DNA of 64,000 nt from Bacteroidota bacterium (GTDB lineage Bacteria > Bacteroidota > Ignavibacteria > UBA10030), in the NCBI GenBank assembly GCA_040901865.1, contig JBBDYD010000142.1, positions 22,942 through 86,941 on the forward strand, given 5' to 3'. The position numbers were made by a program, and so were the translations under genes. Each line of letters starts with the position of its first letter. Within the stretch, counting starts at the first letter, position 1. Below, piece by piece: positions 47,420 through 61,074 of the stretch. A model generated the notes under the pieces. The model did no database searches. It saw only the letters and a program-made list of their open reading frames with translations, and was not told the origin of the DNA.

Positions 47420-48987
47420 CGTTCGCTTGAATAGGCTGAAGGTTGGCCGTTTTTCACGAACGGGCGTTTGAAATTACCCGTTTTCCAGGCGGTTGCATAG
47501 ATCAGTTGCCCTATCCTCACCATGCGGTCGAATTCAATCTTCTCCACTGTGTCAGTCGGCTGGTGATAATCATCGTGGATGCCTGTAAAAAAGAAAACGA
47601 TCGGAATTCCGTTTCGGGCAAAGTTGTAGTGGTCGCTCCGGCGGTAGAACTGATTGGGATCATTGTCGTCGTTATACTCGTAGTCGAGCAAAAGCTGAAC
47701 GGTTTGTTTGTTGGCGGATTGAAGTACGCTGTCAAGTTCCGTGCTGATTTTGTCTGATCCGATTACATAAACGTAGCCGGGGCTTTTTGCTTCTTCATGT
47801 TTCTTGTCGATACGGCCGATCATATCAATATTCAGGTTTGCTACCGTCCGGTCGAGGGGGACAAGCGGATCCTGGGTGTAGTAAGAGGACCCGAGGAGTC
47901 CTTTTTCCTCGCCGGCCACAGTCATGAACACGAGGCTGCGCTTCGGTTTTGCCGGATTGGTCACAAATGCCTCGGCAAGTTCCAATATCATCGATGTTCC
48001 GGAACCATCATCATCGGCTCCATTGTAGATCTCTCCCGTTGCAGCACTGACGCCGACGTGATCATAATGAGCAGTGATGACAACGTATTCGTTTTTGAGG
48101 ACAGGATCTGATCCTTCGAGAATGGCGGCCACGTTCTCGGATGTTTTCACTTCATGGAGCGCCTTGAGGTCAAGGGTAACCGAGGCTTTTGAAAGTTGAA
48201 GTGGTCCCGATGTGGAGTCTTTGACAGCCTTCATGCGAAGGTCGGCGAGCGGCATTCCGAGTTCCGCCAGAAGAGAGGCACCGACGGCGGAACTGACTGT
48301 CACCGAAATCTGACCGCGTCCGCGTCGTGCCGAGCCTTTGAGACTCATCGATCCTTTTTCGAATGTGTTCGCAGCGGCTTTGAACTGTTTCTCGATCGAT
48401 CCTTGTGTTGCTTCATCGGAAATCATAATGACGGCCGCCGCGCTTCGAAAGACGCGGAATGCGCCCCTGCGAGGACGCGAGGGAGCGGGGTTGAGTACTT
48501 CAGCTCTCCGGCCCGCGAACACAACCACGATGCGGTCCATGAGGCCGGTCTCCTGCTCCGGAGTGAGCGGCGTATCCATGAATCCTCCAAACACCAGCGG
48601 GGCTGAAAACGTCGTGTCCTTGGTGGTTGTGGTGAAGAAATCCTGTCCGAAGGTGTATGTTGTTGATCCCGCCGATGAAGTGAGGCGCAGGCTGGAAGCC
48701 GTACTCGGTTTGACGACATCAAGTTCGAACTGTTGGAAGTACGAGTTGTCCTTCCCGGCTGGTTTAAGCCCCAGCTTTCTGAAAACGGAAGCAATATACT
48801 GTGCAGCGACCTTCTGCCCCCGAAACGTAGTCTCCCTTCCCTCCAATTCATCAGAGGAAAGGAACGTCAAATGAGACCTCAAATCGTTTGTCGTAATCGA
48901 TGACAAGCCTTTTGAGGCATTCTTGTCGAAATTCTTTTGACCAAACGCGACCGAGACTACGAGAAGCAAGAAGATGTATTTTTTCAT
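47416..48987 (-). CDS. Secreted M28-family aminopeptidase with a PA domain
   Basis: I trimmed the start to MKKYIFLLLVVSVAFG, which gives a signal peptide. Motifs HYDHVG, NGADDDGSG and AGEEKGLLGS. Confidence 0.8.
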   Translation of the reverse strand: MKKYIFLLLVVSVAFGQKNFDKNASKGLSSITTNDLRSHLTFLSSDELEGRETTFRGQKVAAQYIASVFRKLGLKPAGKDNSYFQQFELDVVKPSTASSLRLTSSAGSTTYTFGQDFFTTTTKDTTFSAPLVFGGFMDTPLTPEQETGLMDRIVVVFAGRRAEVLNPAPSRPRRGAFRVFRSAAAVIMISDEATQGSIEKQFKAAANTFEKGSMSLKGSARRGRGQISVTVSSAVGASLLAELGMPLADLRMKAVKDSTSGPLQLSKASVTLDLKALHEVKTSENVAAILEGSDPVLKNEYVVITAHYDHVGVSAATGEIYNGADDDGSGTSMILELAEAFVTNPAKPKRSLVFMTVAGEEKGLLGSSYYTQDPLVPLDRTVANLNIDMIGRIDKKHEEAKSPGYVYVIGSDKISTELDSVLQSANKQTVQLLLDYEYNDDNDPNQFYRRSDHYNFARNGIPIVFFFTGIHDDYHQPTDTVEKIEFDRMVRIGQLIYATAWKTGNFKRPFVKNGQPSAYSSER

Positions 48988-49324
48988 GGTTTTGGTAATT
49001 ATTTCGAGTGGAATTGTTTGAAATCGGCTTTCCACAGTAATCAAAATGCCCCTAAAAATCAAGGAACCCAGATTCCTCCTAGTCATGAAAAAATTGCAGA
49101 ACAAAGTGTCAAAATTGGCAGATTTACTGCCTATATCGCAAGACATAGTGACAAAATGGCATACATAGTTTGGAACTAACCTATGATGCAATAATGCTGT
49201 AAGTCATTGAACAATCTAGACTTATGGTAATTTGTGGAGTGCTTTGCTAGTCATGGCATGGAAGTTGGATGGAGGATAGTATAATTACTCGGTCTAAACA
49301 GGTTCCGTCAAAGGAGGTTTTAGT
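48988..49324. promoter_or_regulatory. AT-rich divergent promoter region between the M28 peptidase gene (-) and the hsp20-dnaK-clpB heat-shock cluster (+)
   Basis: 337 bp. Contains TATAAT at about 49289, the inverted repeats GTGGAA-N16-TTCCAC and GGCAG-N5-CTGCC, a direct repeat ACATAGT x2, and a strong SD (aaaggagg) before the ATG at 49325. Confidence 0.45.
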
Positions 49325-49744
49325 ATGATCGTCCATTTTCCCCAAATGAGCCCGGTGTTCGATCTTGATCGAACAGCCAATGAGTTTTTCTCAAATCTCT
49401 CGAGGCGCACACACCCGGTTTCCGATCTTCCGGCTGTCGACGTTGCTGAGAGGGAACATTCTTATGATCTCGTTGTCGAACTCCCCGGCATGAAGAAGGA
49501 GGACATCAGGATTTCCGTTGAGAAGGGAACCCTGGTCGTTCGCGCTGAGCGAAAACAGTACGGATTTCCTGAGGGCACCAAGGTCCTTTTGCATGAAACA
49601 AACACACGGCCGTTTGAGCGCGTGTTTCAACTTCCCGATGCAGTCGATGTGAACGGAATTTCGGCGGAAATGAAGGACGGCATTCTCAGGATTCAGCTTC
49701 CGAAGACGGAGCTGGCCCGTCCTCGTGAAATCAAGGTCCAGTAA
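49325..49744 (+). CDS. Hsp20/alpha-crystallin small heat-shock protein (copy 1)
   Basis: Alpha-crystallin domain (PAVDVAEREHSYDLVVELPGMKKEDIRISVEKGTLVVRAERK). Confidence 0.85.
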   Translation: MIVHFPQMSPVFDLDRTANEFFSNLSRRTHPVSDLPAVDVAEREHSYDLVVELPGMKKEDIRISVEKGTLVVRAERKQYGFPEGTKVLLHETNTRPFERVFQLPDAVDVNGISAEMKDGILRIQLPKTELARPREIKVQ

Positions 49745-49774
49745 CGATTCCACGATTGACAGGAGGTTGTGAAT

Positions 49775-50170
49775 ATGACGAAAAATAATGATGATGCACT
49801 CGTTCGGCATGGGTCCAACGCCCTTGCTGTGCGTGAGTCTCGGGAGGAATTCATTACGCCGGCAGCAGATATCTTTGAAACCCCCATTGCCTTTGTTCTG
49901 CGCCTGGACTTGCCGGGTGCCGCACGCGATGGTATTCAGGTGAATGTCGAGGCAGAAAGACTCTCGATCAAAGGCCGATTGGAAAAACTCCACGCCGAGA
50001 AGACAAATGTGCTTTACCACGAGATTGCAGGCAAGAGCTATTATCGAATGTTCAATCTGACTGCAGGAATCGCCTCCGACCGCATTGAAGCGGAGTTTCA
50101 GGATGGCGTTTTAAGCGTCACAATTCCAAAATCAGAGCGCATGACCACAAAAGAAATACGGATTCAATGA
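49775..50170 (+). CDS. Hsp20 family small heat-shock protein (copy 2)
   Basis: AGGAGG lies 8 nt before ATG 49775. The ORF track begins at GTG 49769. Contains IAFVLRLDLPGAARDGIQVNVEAERLSIKGR. Confidence 0.85.
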   Translation: MTKNNDDALVRHGSNALAVRESREEFITPAADIFETPIAFVLRLDLPGAARDGIQVNVEAERLSIKGRLEKLHAEKTNVLYHEIAGKSYYRMFNLTAGIASDRIEAEFQDGVLSVTIPKSERMTTKEIRIQ

Positions 50171-50187
50171 ACCAAGGAGGATACACC

Positions 50188-50655
50188 ATGAGACTCATTC
50201 GATGGAACCCAACACGTGAACTCTCCAGCGTTCCAACGGAACTCTGGAACATTCAACGCGACTTCAACAGTTTGTTCGGTGCTATGACAGGCGGCAATCA
50301 GGATGACGGATCCAGCGGACTATCCCTGTGGACCCCGGCAGTGGACATTAGCGAGCATGAGAACGAATATCATGTCAAGGTTGAACTTCCGGGAATCAAC
50401 AAGGATGATGTAAAGATCACCCTTGAATCCAACATTCTGACAATTCGCGGCGAGAAGAAACAGGAAGAAGACGTAAAGGAAGAGGGCATGCACAGAATGG
50501 AGCGGGTCTACGGATCCTTCCGGCGGTCCTTTACTCTTCCCACCGTCGTCAAGGAAAGTGAAATCGGCGCCATCTATAAAGATGGTATTTTGATGATCAC
50601 CTTACCGAAAGCCGAAGAGGTAAAACCGAAACAGATTGAAGTCAAGGTCAAATAA
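50188..50655 (+). CDS. Hsp20 family small heat-shock protein (copy 3)
   Basis: AAGGAGG lies before ATG 50188 (MRLIRWNPT). The ORF-track start at 50167 overlaps the previous stop. Contains PAVDISEHENEYHVKVELPGINKDDVKITLESNILTIRGEKK. Confidence 0.85.
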   Translation: MRLIRWNPTRELSSVPTELWNIQRDFNSLFGAMTGGNQDDGSSGLSLWTPAVDISEHENEYHVKVELPGINKDDVKITLESNILTIRGEKKQEEDVKEEGMHRMERVYGSFRRSFTLPTVVKESEIGAIYKDGILMITLPKAEEVKPKQIEVKVK

Positions 50656-50806
50656 TTGGCTTTAAGCCGATCATTCTTGATTGTCTCACAATTGCTGGTT
50701 GGGTCCGCGCAAGCGGACTCGGCCGCATTGTTGAGCCACAGAGTTCAACTGAACACCAAGCACCGGCTGTCATAAAAGCCGACATTGCCAAAAAAGGAGA
50801 GCGGTA

Positions 50807-52752
50807 TGTCAACCAAAGGGAACAAAATCATCGGAATCGATCTCGGGACAACCAATTCGGTCGTCGCGGTGATGGAAGGAAACGATCCCGTCGTCATTGC
50901 AAACGCTGAAGGGGCCCGTACGACCCCCTCCGTGGTCGGCTTCACAAAATCCGGTGAACGGCTTGTCGGAGCGGCTGCGAAACGTCAGGGTGTGACGAAT
51001 TCACAGAATACGGTCTATTCCATCAAACGTTTCATGGGCCGGTTCCATAATGAGGTGAACGAGGAAATGGAACTCGTTCCGTACAAGGTTGTCAAGGGCG
51101 ATAATAATACAGCCCGCGTACAGATCGTCGACCGTGTGTACTCACCTCCGGAAATCTCGGCTATGATTCTGCAAAAAATGAAGCAAACGGCCGAGGACTA
51201 TCTTGGAACAAAGGTAACGGACGCGGTTGTTACGGTTCCTGCCTACTTCAATGACGCCCAACGGCAGGCAACGAAAGAGGCGGGAGAGATCGCAGGATTG
51301 AATGTCCTCCGGATCATCAACGAACCGACGGCCGCAGCACTTGCCTACGGTCTCGACAAGAAATCCAAGGACATGAAAGTTGCTGTATTCGATCTTGGCG
51401 GTGGTACCTTTGATATTTCTGTCCTCGAACTCGGAGACGGTGTGTTCGAAGTTAAATCGACGAACGGCGACACCCACCTTGGCGGGGATAACTTTGACCA
51501 TCGCCTCATCGATTACCTTGCGGATGAGTTCAAAAAACAGGAAAACATCGATCTTCGCAAAGATCCCATGGCCCTGCAAAGACTCCGGGAAGCAGCGGAA
51601 AAGGCCAAAATGGAGCTTTCTCAGCTGATGCAGACAGAGGTCAATCTGCCTTTCATTACCGCTACAAGCGATGGCCCGAAACATCTGACCACGACGATCA
51701 CGAGGGCCAAATTCGAGCAACTTGTCGAAGATTTAATCCAGCGATGCATCGGGCCCGTCGAGCGGGCTCTGAAAGATGCCGGGCTGAATCCCCGCGTAAT
51801 CGATGAAGTGATTCTTGTTGGCGGCATGACACGTGTGCCCCGCGTTCAGCAACTTGTCAAGGATATCTTTGGAAGGGAAGGCCACAAGGGTGTCAACCCA
51901 GATGAAGTCGTTGCTATCGGTGCTGCGATTCAGGGCGGTGTTCTCTCGGGCGACGTGACAGACGTTCTGCTTCTGGATGTCACTCCGCTTACCCTCGGCA
52001 TCGAAACTCTGGGCGGCGTCACGACACAAATGATTCAAGCCAATACGACGATTCCAACGAAAAAAAGCGAAATCTTTTCAACGGCGTCCGACAGTCAACC
52101 GTCGGTCGAGATTCATATCCTCCAGGGTGAGCGGCCCATGGCTGCCGACAACCGGACCCTTGGGAGATTTCACCTCGACGGGATTCCGCCCTCGCCTCGC
52201 GGCATTCCGCAAATCGAAGTCACTTTCGATATCGACGCCAACGGCATGTTGCACGTTTCGGCGAAGGATAAAGCGACGAATAAGGAGCAATCCATTCGAA
52301 TCACATCGTCAAGCGGATTGAGCAAAGAGGACATCGAAAAAATGAAATCTGACGCTCAAGCCCACTCTTCCGAAGACAAGAAGCGGAAGGATGAGATCGA
52401 AACCAAGAATCAGGCTGATAATCTCGTCTTCCAGACCCGCAAGCAGTTGAAGGATCTGGGCGAGAAGATGAGCGCAGAGGTAAAAGCGAACGTGGAGTCG
52501 GCAGCGAACGCACTCGAGGAGGCGATCAAAAGCGGAAATAGTGCGGACATCAAGGCAAAAACGGAAGTTCTCAATTCAGCATGGAATGAGGCTTCGTCGA
52601 AAATGTACGAGTCCGCGCGCTCCCAAGGCCAGCAAGGTCCTCAAGCGACAGGAAGTACCGAGACGGGAGACGACAAAGGCGGCAAGCAGGTGGAGAATGC
52701 CGACTTCGAAGTCATGGATGAAAAAGATGAAAAGAAAGGCGAGACAAAATAA
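50807..52752 (+). CDS. dnaK: Chaperone DnaK (Hsp70)
   Basis: [19 protein letters not shown] and the full Hsp70 architecture. SD AAGGAG upstream. No grpE or dnaJ is adjacent. Confidence 0.95.
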
Positions 52753-52786
52753 CAACACGCCTTGAAATCCGTTGGCAACGCTGATA

Positions 52787-52816
52787 AAAGGCGAGGGAAA
52801 TCCTCGCCTTTTGTCT
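52787..52816 (+). terminator. Rho-independent terminator after dnaK
   Basis: aaaaggcgagg-gaaat-cctcgcctttt. Confidence 0.65.
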
Positions 52817-52830
52817 TCCATGAGGAGCGA

Positions 52831-53062
52831 ATGATCACATTTATTATCGTCGTTGTGGTGATAGCTGGCCTCATTGCGGGCATCGTTGCGCTGATACGCG
52901 GTCCACGACAATCATCCGGCATTGCCGCCCTGACGGCGTTCCACGATTTTCAGCCGAAGGACAAGCAGCGGACCATTGAAACAGTCATTGAATTGAAAGA
53001 ACAGAAGAAATTCAAAGAAGAGGAGTCGGGGTGGAGCATCGCGCGTCCCGGAAAAGAAAACG

Positions 53063-53073
<11 letters not shown>
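52831..53073 (+). CDS. Small (80 aa) single-pass membrane protein with a charged C-terminus, hypothetical
   Basis: [30 protein letters not shown] upstream. Located between dnaK and clpB. Confidence 0.4.
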
Positions 53074-55711
<2,638 letters not shown>

Positions 55712-55937
55712 CTGTCTGCTGAAAAAACAACGAACCAACAGCGAAAGGTGTTACTGGCTTTTGGTTTTGGGTGTAGCTCGTTGGTCTCTGGTTATTGTCA
55801 GGGGGCATAACCGATAACCAGGACCAACAACCAATCAACTATAACCACCGACCAAAAACTAATAACCATGGTTCGGTTGAGAAATTGTGTATTTCTTTTC
55901 TTGTCCCCGCCCGATTTTCTCCGTATCTTGCCGTGTT

Positions 55938-57278
55938 ATGCAACTTTCTTCACTGCTCGGACATACCCGGGAAATCCTTTCCCGCATTCAGCAATCTGAT
56001 AAGCCCGCCGATAGTCTGATCGATTCGTTCTTCCGGACAAGAAAATATCTCGGATCTCACGACCGCAAATTCATTGCCGAGACAACCTACGGAACACTCC
56101 GTCATCTGCGGAAGTGCCAAACCTTGATGGAAACCGCGTTGGGCACCGGGGCAAAGGACTTTTCTTCCACGGACAGAGTTCTTCTCTGTATCGTGACGTA
56201 CCTAAGCCGGATCGATCGATCACACGAGCCCACCGATGTAATTCTTGCGCCTCTCCTCGAGAATGATAAGGCGAGAAATTCCCTCGGCGATTTTCTTACG
56301 CTCCTGAAAGGAGTTGAGCTGAATTCGGTCGATGCTGTTCAAGACCTTGCCAATGAATACTCAATCCCTGATTGGCTTGCCCGTAAGTTTCATGAGCAAT
56401 ACGGGCCGGAAGAATCCCGGCGATTGTGTGAAAGCCTGAACGCACCGGCTCCCTTGAACCTCCGAGTCAACACGCTTAAGGCCGGCGTGGATGAATGCAC
56501 GGGACGTCTCCGGTCCGAAGGCATTGAGACTACCCGAACGAAACTGTCCGAGGTAGGATTGGTTGTGTCGAAACGAACGAATATGTTTCGGATTCCGGCA
56601 TTCAAAGAAGGTTATTTTGAGGTTCAGGACGAAGGAAGCCAATTATTGGGAGTTCTGGTGGATCCGAGGCCGGTGTGGAAAGTGCTGGATGCCTGTGCGG
56701 GGGCGGGCGGGAAAACTCTGCATATGGCCGCCATCATGAAGAACCGCGGGGAAATCGTCGCATCAGACATCAACGAATTCCGCCTCAATGAACTCCGCAA
56801 AAGGGCAAGGAGGGCAGGCGCCTTTAATATCAGGGTCATGACGACGGAGGAAGTGCAGAATCAGGATCGGTTTAAACAGGCGTTTGACGTCGTGTTTATT
56901 GATGCCCCGTGTAGCGGCCTCGGTACGCTTCGGCGAAACCCCGGGCTGAAGTGGACGGTCACCGAAGAGGGTGTGAAAGAACTGTGCGCAAAACAGCTTC
57001 ACATTATGGAAACGCATGCGTCGTTCGTCAAAGAGCAGGGAGTGATGTACTATGCTACGTGTTCACTCTTGCGGGAGGAAAACCAGGCGGTCATAATGTC
57101 ATTCCTCGAGAGGCACCCGGAATTCGCGGGAATGGATCTTACGGCGGCCGCAGGGAAGGCGGGTCTTGCTGGGCAGGTTACGGACGGCTTTTTCTTCCTG
57201 TATCCTCACAAAGAGGGAACCGATGGTTTCTTTTGCGGCGCGGTCCAACGAAAAGGACTGGAGTCTGGCAATGAATGA
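55938..57278 (+). CDS. rsmB: 16S rRNA (cytosine-C5) methyltransferase RsmB/Sun family with a NusB-like N-terminal domain
   Basis: DACAGAGGKTLHMAA, FDVVFIDAPCSGLGTLRRNPGLKW and YATCSL. I trimmed the start to ATG 55938. Confidence 0.85.
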   Translation: MQLSSLLGHTREILSRIQQSDKPADSLIDSFFRTRKYLGSHDRKFIAETTYGTLRHLRKCQTLMETALGTGAKDFSSTDRVLLCIVTYLSRIDRSHEPTDVILAPLLENDKARNSLGDFLTLLKGVELNSVDAVQDLANEYSIPDWLARKFHEQYGPEESRRLCESLNAPAPLNLRVNTLKAGVDECTGRLRSEGIETTRTKLSEVGLVVSKRTNMFRIPAFKEGYFEVQDEGSQLLGVLVDPRPVWKVLDACAGAGGKTLHMAAIMKNRGEIVASDINEFRLNELRKRARRAGAFNIRVMTTEEVQNQDRFKQAFDVVFIDAPCSGLGTLRRNPGLKWTVTEEGVKELCAKQLHIMETHASFVKEQGVMYYATCSLLREENQAVIMSFLERHPEFAGMDLTAAAGKAGLAGQVTDGFFFLYPHKEGTDGFFCGAVQRKGLESGNE

Positions 57279-58167
57279 ATCGACACAGTACCTGAGGCCG
57301 GAGGTTGTTGCCCAGCTTGCGAACATGGAATTGCGGGCACGGCTTGTGGTGGAGGGGTTTCTGACGGGGCTTCACAAAAGCCCGTATCACGGTTTCAGCG
57401 TGGAGTTCACCGAACACCGGCCGTACATGCCGGGGGACGAAATACGGCATATTGACTGGAAGGCGTACGGGAAGACGGACCGCTATTACATCAAGCAGTT
57501 CGAAGAGGAAACGAATCTCAAAACGCATCTGATCCTCGATTCCAGTGCGTCCATGGGTTTTGCATCCGAGGGAAGGCTCAGCAAACTCCAATACGCGTCC
57601 TACCTTGCCGCGGCGTTGGCATATCTCATGATGCAGCAACGGGATGCGGTGGGACTGACTGTATACGACGAAGAGATGAGATCCTCCCTTCCACCACGTG
57701 CAACGAATCTTTACTTGCAGAAGATTCTCTCAGAATTAGAAGGACTCCAGCCCGGAAAGAAGACAAGAACCGGATCATCCCTCAATGCAGTGGCTGAGCG
57801 GATCAAACGCCGCGGGCTCGTGATTGTGCTGAGCGACCTGTTCGACGATCCGACGAGTGTGATGCGGGCATTAAAGAACTTTCGCCATCGGGGTAATGAA
57901 GTAATCGTGATGCAGGTCCTCGATCCCCTCGAGCGATCGTTCGCGTTCGGCACCGACGCCGTGTTCAGAGACATGGAGACGCGCGAAGAACTTACCACGC
58001 AACCCTGGCACATTCAAACAGCATATCGTGAAACGTTAAAGCAATTCCTGGCGGGGTATCGGCGCGAATGTCGCGAAAACGGCATCGAGTACGTCCTTCT
58101 CGACACATCAACGCCGTTTGACAAAGCCCTGTTTGAATATCTCAATAAGCGAAAGCGAATTCACTGA
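57271..58167 (+). CDS. DUF58-domain protein (MoxR-associated VWA-like fold)
   Basis: HGFSVEFTEHRPYMPGDEIRHIDWKAYGKTDRYYIKQFEEE. The ATGAATGA junction overlaps the rsmB stop. The ORF-track 5' extension was trimmed. Confidence 0.8.
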   Translation: MNESTQYLRPEVVAQLANMELRARLVVEGFLTGLHKSPYHGFSVEFTEHRPYMPGDEIRHIDWKAYGKTDRYYIKQFEEETNLKTHLILDSSASMGFASEGRLSKLQYASYLAAALAYLMMQQRDAVGLTVYDEEMRSSLPPRATNLYLQKILSELEGLQPGKKTRTGSSLNAVAERIKRRGLVIVLSDLFDDPTSVMRALKNFRHRGNEVIVMQVLDPLERSFAFGTDAVFRDMETREELTTQPWHIQTAYRETLKQFLAGYRRECRENGIEYVLLDTSTPFDKALFEYLNKRKRIH

Positions 58168-58169
58168 AA

Positions 58170-61037
58170 GTGCAAGAAGAGAAGCTCATCGTCAAAGGCG
58201 CACGGGTTCATAACCTGAAAAACATCGATGTCGAGATGCCAAGGGATCGGCTGGTTGTTCTTACCGGCCTTTCCGGTTCAGGAAAGTCCAGCCTTGCGTT
58301 TGATACGATCTACGCTGAGGGACAGCGAAGGTACGTCGAAAGCCTCTCTGCGTACGCCCGTCAGTTTCTCGGATTGATGGAACGTCCCGATGTCGATTAC
58401 ATCGAAGGGTTGAGTCCTTGTATCTCCATTGAACAGAAGACCATCAGTCATAATCCGCGTTCAACCGTCGGCACAGTCACAGAGATTTACGATTACCTCC
58501 GCTTGCTCTTTGCGAGAGTTGGAACCCAATTCTGCTATCACTGCGGCCGAAAGGTCCAACGGCAGACGGTTGATCAAATCATCGATGCAATCCGTAAATA
58601 TCCGTCGGGGGCAAAACTCCAGATCCTGGCTCCGGTGGTTCGGGGCCGCAAAGGGCACTACCGGGAATTATTTGAACAAACCGCGAAAGACGGCTTTGTG
58701 CGGGTTCGGATCGATGGAGAAACGAAGGAACTAGCGCCTGGGTTGAAGGCCGACCGGTATAAGATCCATAATATTGAAATCGTTGTGGACCGCGTTGTCA
58801 TCAAACCGGAAATGCGGTCTCGCATAGCGGATTCGGTCGAAACGGCCTTACGGTTCGGCGGAGGAGTGCTGATTGTTCATGATGGGGTCAAGGACGAATT
58901 GTTCAGTCAGCAGTATGCCTGTCATTTCTGCGGTATCAGCTACGAAGAGCCCGCTCCGAACTCCTTTTCATTTAATTCCCCTGCCGGGTTTTGTCCGGAG
59001 TGTGAGGGATTGGGAGAAAAACGCGAATTCAGCATGGGCCTTATCATTCCCGATGGGACGAAGTCGATCAACGCGGAGGGAATCGCGCCCCTGGGGAAGC
59101 CCAGGTCGACCTGGATGTTTGCCCAGGTAAAGGCCGTCGCAAAGAAATTTGATTTCGATTTTGATACTGCTCTCAACAAGATCCCCTCGAAAGCTCTCGA
59201 GGCCCTCCTGAATGGGACGGGAGATGAGAAGCTCGAGGTCGACTACAACACCGATCGTGGGAGGACGATCACGTACAAGCATCGGTATTCCGGGGTCATG
59301 GATATGCTGAAGCGATACTATGACGAAACCAGCTCCAATCAGATCCGGGAATGGGTTGAATCCTACATGACCACAACGGTTTGCAAGGCATGCAATGGCG
59401 GAAGACTTCGGAAGGAGAGCCTTGCGTTAAAACTGGAGGATGCCGCCACGGGCAACCGATGGAGCATTCAGGACGTTGTACAACAGTCTGTGACAAGCGC
59501 CCGTGCATTTTTCGGAACAATCACGCTTACACCCCGACAGCAGGAAATTGCCAGACAGATTCTGAAAGAAATTACCGAGCGGCTGGATTTTTTGCTCAAC
59601 GTGGGGCTGGATTATCTGACCTTAGACAGACCCGCTCGTACGCTTTCAGGCGGCGAGGGCCAACGCATCCGGCTGGCAACCCAGATTGGCACGCAACTGG
59701 TCGGTGTCCTCTACATTCTCGATGAGCCGAGCATTGGTCTGCACACGCGCGATAATATCAAGCTCATCAATTCGCTGAAATCCTTAAGGGATCTTGGAAA
59801 CACCGTCATTGTGGTGGAACACGACAAAGAGATGATTGAGAGTGCGGATTTTGTCGTTGATCTTGGTCCAGGAGCAGGGGAGCACGGCGGATACGTGGTG
59901 ACGAAGGGAAAGCCTGGAGAACTCAAGGTGAAGAGTGAGGTGAAGGTTGGCGGGAACGGCACTTCGGCGGAGTCGTTGACCGCTTCGTATCTGAAGGGGA
60001 AGAAGCACATAGCGGTTCCGGCAGTTCGCAGGCCAGGGTCAGGGAAAAGTCTGAATCTTAAAGGAGCCCGCGGCAATAACCTGAAAAATGTTGACCTGAG
60101 AATTCCCCTCGGCAAGGTTGTCTGTGTCACCGGAGTGAGCGGATCGGGAAAATCGACGCTGATTAACGAGACCCTCTTTCCCATTCTGTCGAAATTGTTC
60201 TACAAGTCGAAAGTAGTCCCCCGGCCGTATGATTCAATTCATGGACTGGAACACGTCGACAAAGTCATCGATATCGATCAATCACCCATCGGGAGGACCC
60301 CGAGATCCAACCCCGCCACCTACACCGGACTGTTCACACTCATCCGGGACTTATTCACTCAGCTTCCGGAAGCAAAGATCCGCGGGTATAAGGCGGGGAG
60401 ATTCAGTTTTAACGTCAAAGGGGGACGATGTGAAGAATGTGAGGGGGATGGTGTGCGTCGGATCGAAATGAATTTTCTGCCGGATGTGTATGTGCTCTGT
60501 GACGTGTGCAAGGGAAAGCGTTACAACAGGGAAACACTCGAGGTTCACTACAAGGGTAAGTCGATTGCCGATGTCTTGGATATGACGGTTGAAGATGGTT
60601 TGGCGCTGTTCAGCGAACTTCCCCGTCTCAAGCGTCATCTCCAAACCCTCTCCGACGTCGGTCTCGGGTATATCAGACTCGGCCAACAAGCAACGACGCT
60701 TTCGGGTGGAGAAGCCCAGCGCGTGAAATTATCAACGGAACTTTCCAAGATCGGAACGGGAAAGACGCTTTACATTCTGGACGAGCCGACAACAGGATTG
60801 CATTTTGAAGATATCCGCATGCTGCTCTCTGTTTTGAACAAGCTGGTCGACAAGGGCAACACCGTGATTGTCATCGAACACAACCTCGATGTCATCAAGA
60901 CAGCCGATTGGGTGATTGACCTGGGTCCCGAAGGAGGAGACGGAGGAGGGGAACTTGTGGCAGAAGGGACGCCGGAGGAGATTGCGAAGGAAAAAAGATC
61001 GTATACAGGACAATATTTGGGAAAAGAACTGAGGTGA
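58170..61037 (+). CDS. uvrA: Excinuclease ABC subunit A
   Basis: GTG start. Two ABC modules (GLSGSGKSS; GVSGSGKST) and zinc-finger modules (CHFCG...CPECEG; CEECEGDG...CDVCKGKRY). Confidence 0.95.
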   Translation: MQEEKLIVKGARVHNLKNIDVEMPRDRLVVLTGLSGSGKSSLAFDTIYAEGQRRYVESLSAYARQFLGLMERPDVDYIEGLSPCISIEQKTISHNPRSTVGTVTEIYDYLRLLFARVGTQFCYHCGRKVQRQTVDQIIDAIRKYPSGAKLQILAPVVRGRKGHYRELFEQTAKDGFVRVRIDGETKELAPGLKADRYKIHNIEIVVDRVVIKPEMRSRIADSVETALRFGGGVLIVHDGVKDELFSQQYACHFCGISYEEPAPNSFSFNSPAGFCPECEGLGEKREFSMGLIIPDGTKSINAEGIAPLGKPRSTWMFAQVKAVAKKFDFDFDTALNKIPSKALEALLNGTGDEKLEVDYNTDRGRTITYKHRYSGVMDMLKRYYDETSSNQIREWVESYMTTTVCKACNGGRLRKESLALKLEDAATGNRWSIQDVVQQSVTSARAFFGTITLTPRQQEIARQILKEITERLDFLLNVGLDYLTLDRPARTLSGGEGQRIRLATQIGTQLVGVLYILDEPSIGLHTRDNIKLINSLKSLRDLGNTVIVVEHDKEMIESADFVVDLGPGAGEHGGYVVTKGKPGELKVKSEVKVGGNGTSAESLTASYLKGKKHIAVPAVRRPGSGKSLNLKGARGNNLKNVDLRIPLGKVVCVTGVSGSGKSTLINETLFPILSKLFYKSKVVPRPYDSIHGLEHVDKVIDIDQSPIGRTPRSNPATYTGLFTLIRDLFTQLPEAKIRGYKAGRFSFNVKGGRCEECEGDGVRRIEMNFLPDVYVLCDVCKGKRYNRETLEVHYKGKSIADVLDMTVEDGLALFSELPRLKRHLQTLSDVGLGYIRLGQQATTLSGGEAQRVKLSTELSKIGTGKTLYILDEPTTGLHFEDIRMLLSVLNKLVDKGNTVIVIEHNLDVIKTADWVIDLGPEGGDGGGELVAEGTPEEIAKEKRSYTGQYLGKELR

Positions 61038-61049
61038 TTTTCGATTTCT

Positions 61050-61074
61050 AATTGTCAATTTCCGATTGACAATT
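61050..61074. promoter_or_regulatory. Perfect 10-bp inverted repeat (aattgtcaat-ttccg-attgacaatt) between convergent uvrA and the glycosylase gene
   Basis: Palindrome overlapping the stop codon of the minus-strand gene. The stem is AT-rich, so it is either a weak bidirectional terminator or a protein-binding site. Confidence 0.4.

Noticed and set aside
49230-49260. Possible CIRCE (HrcA operator) upstream of the hsp20-dnaK cluster
   Set aside because: Only one half-site-like GAGTGCT is present. There is no TTAGCACTC partner at N9 spacing and nothing comparable before dnaK.
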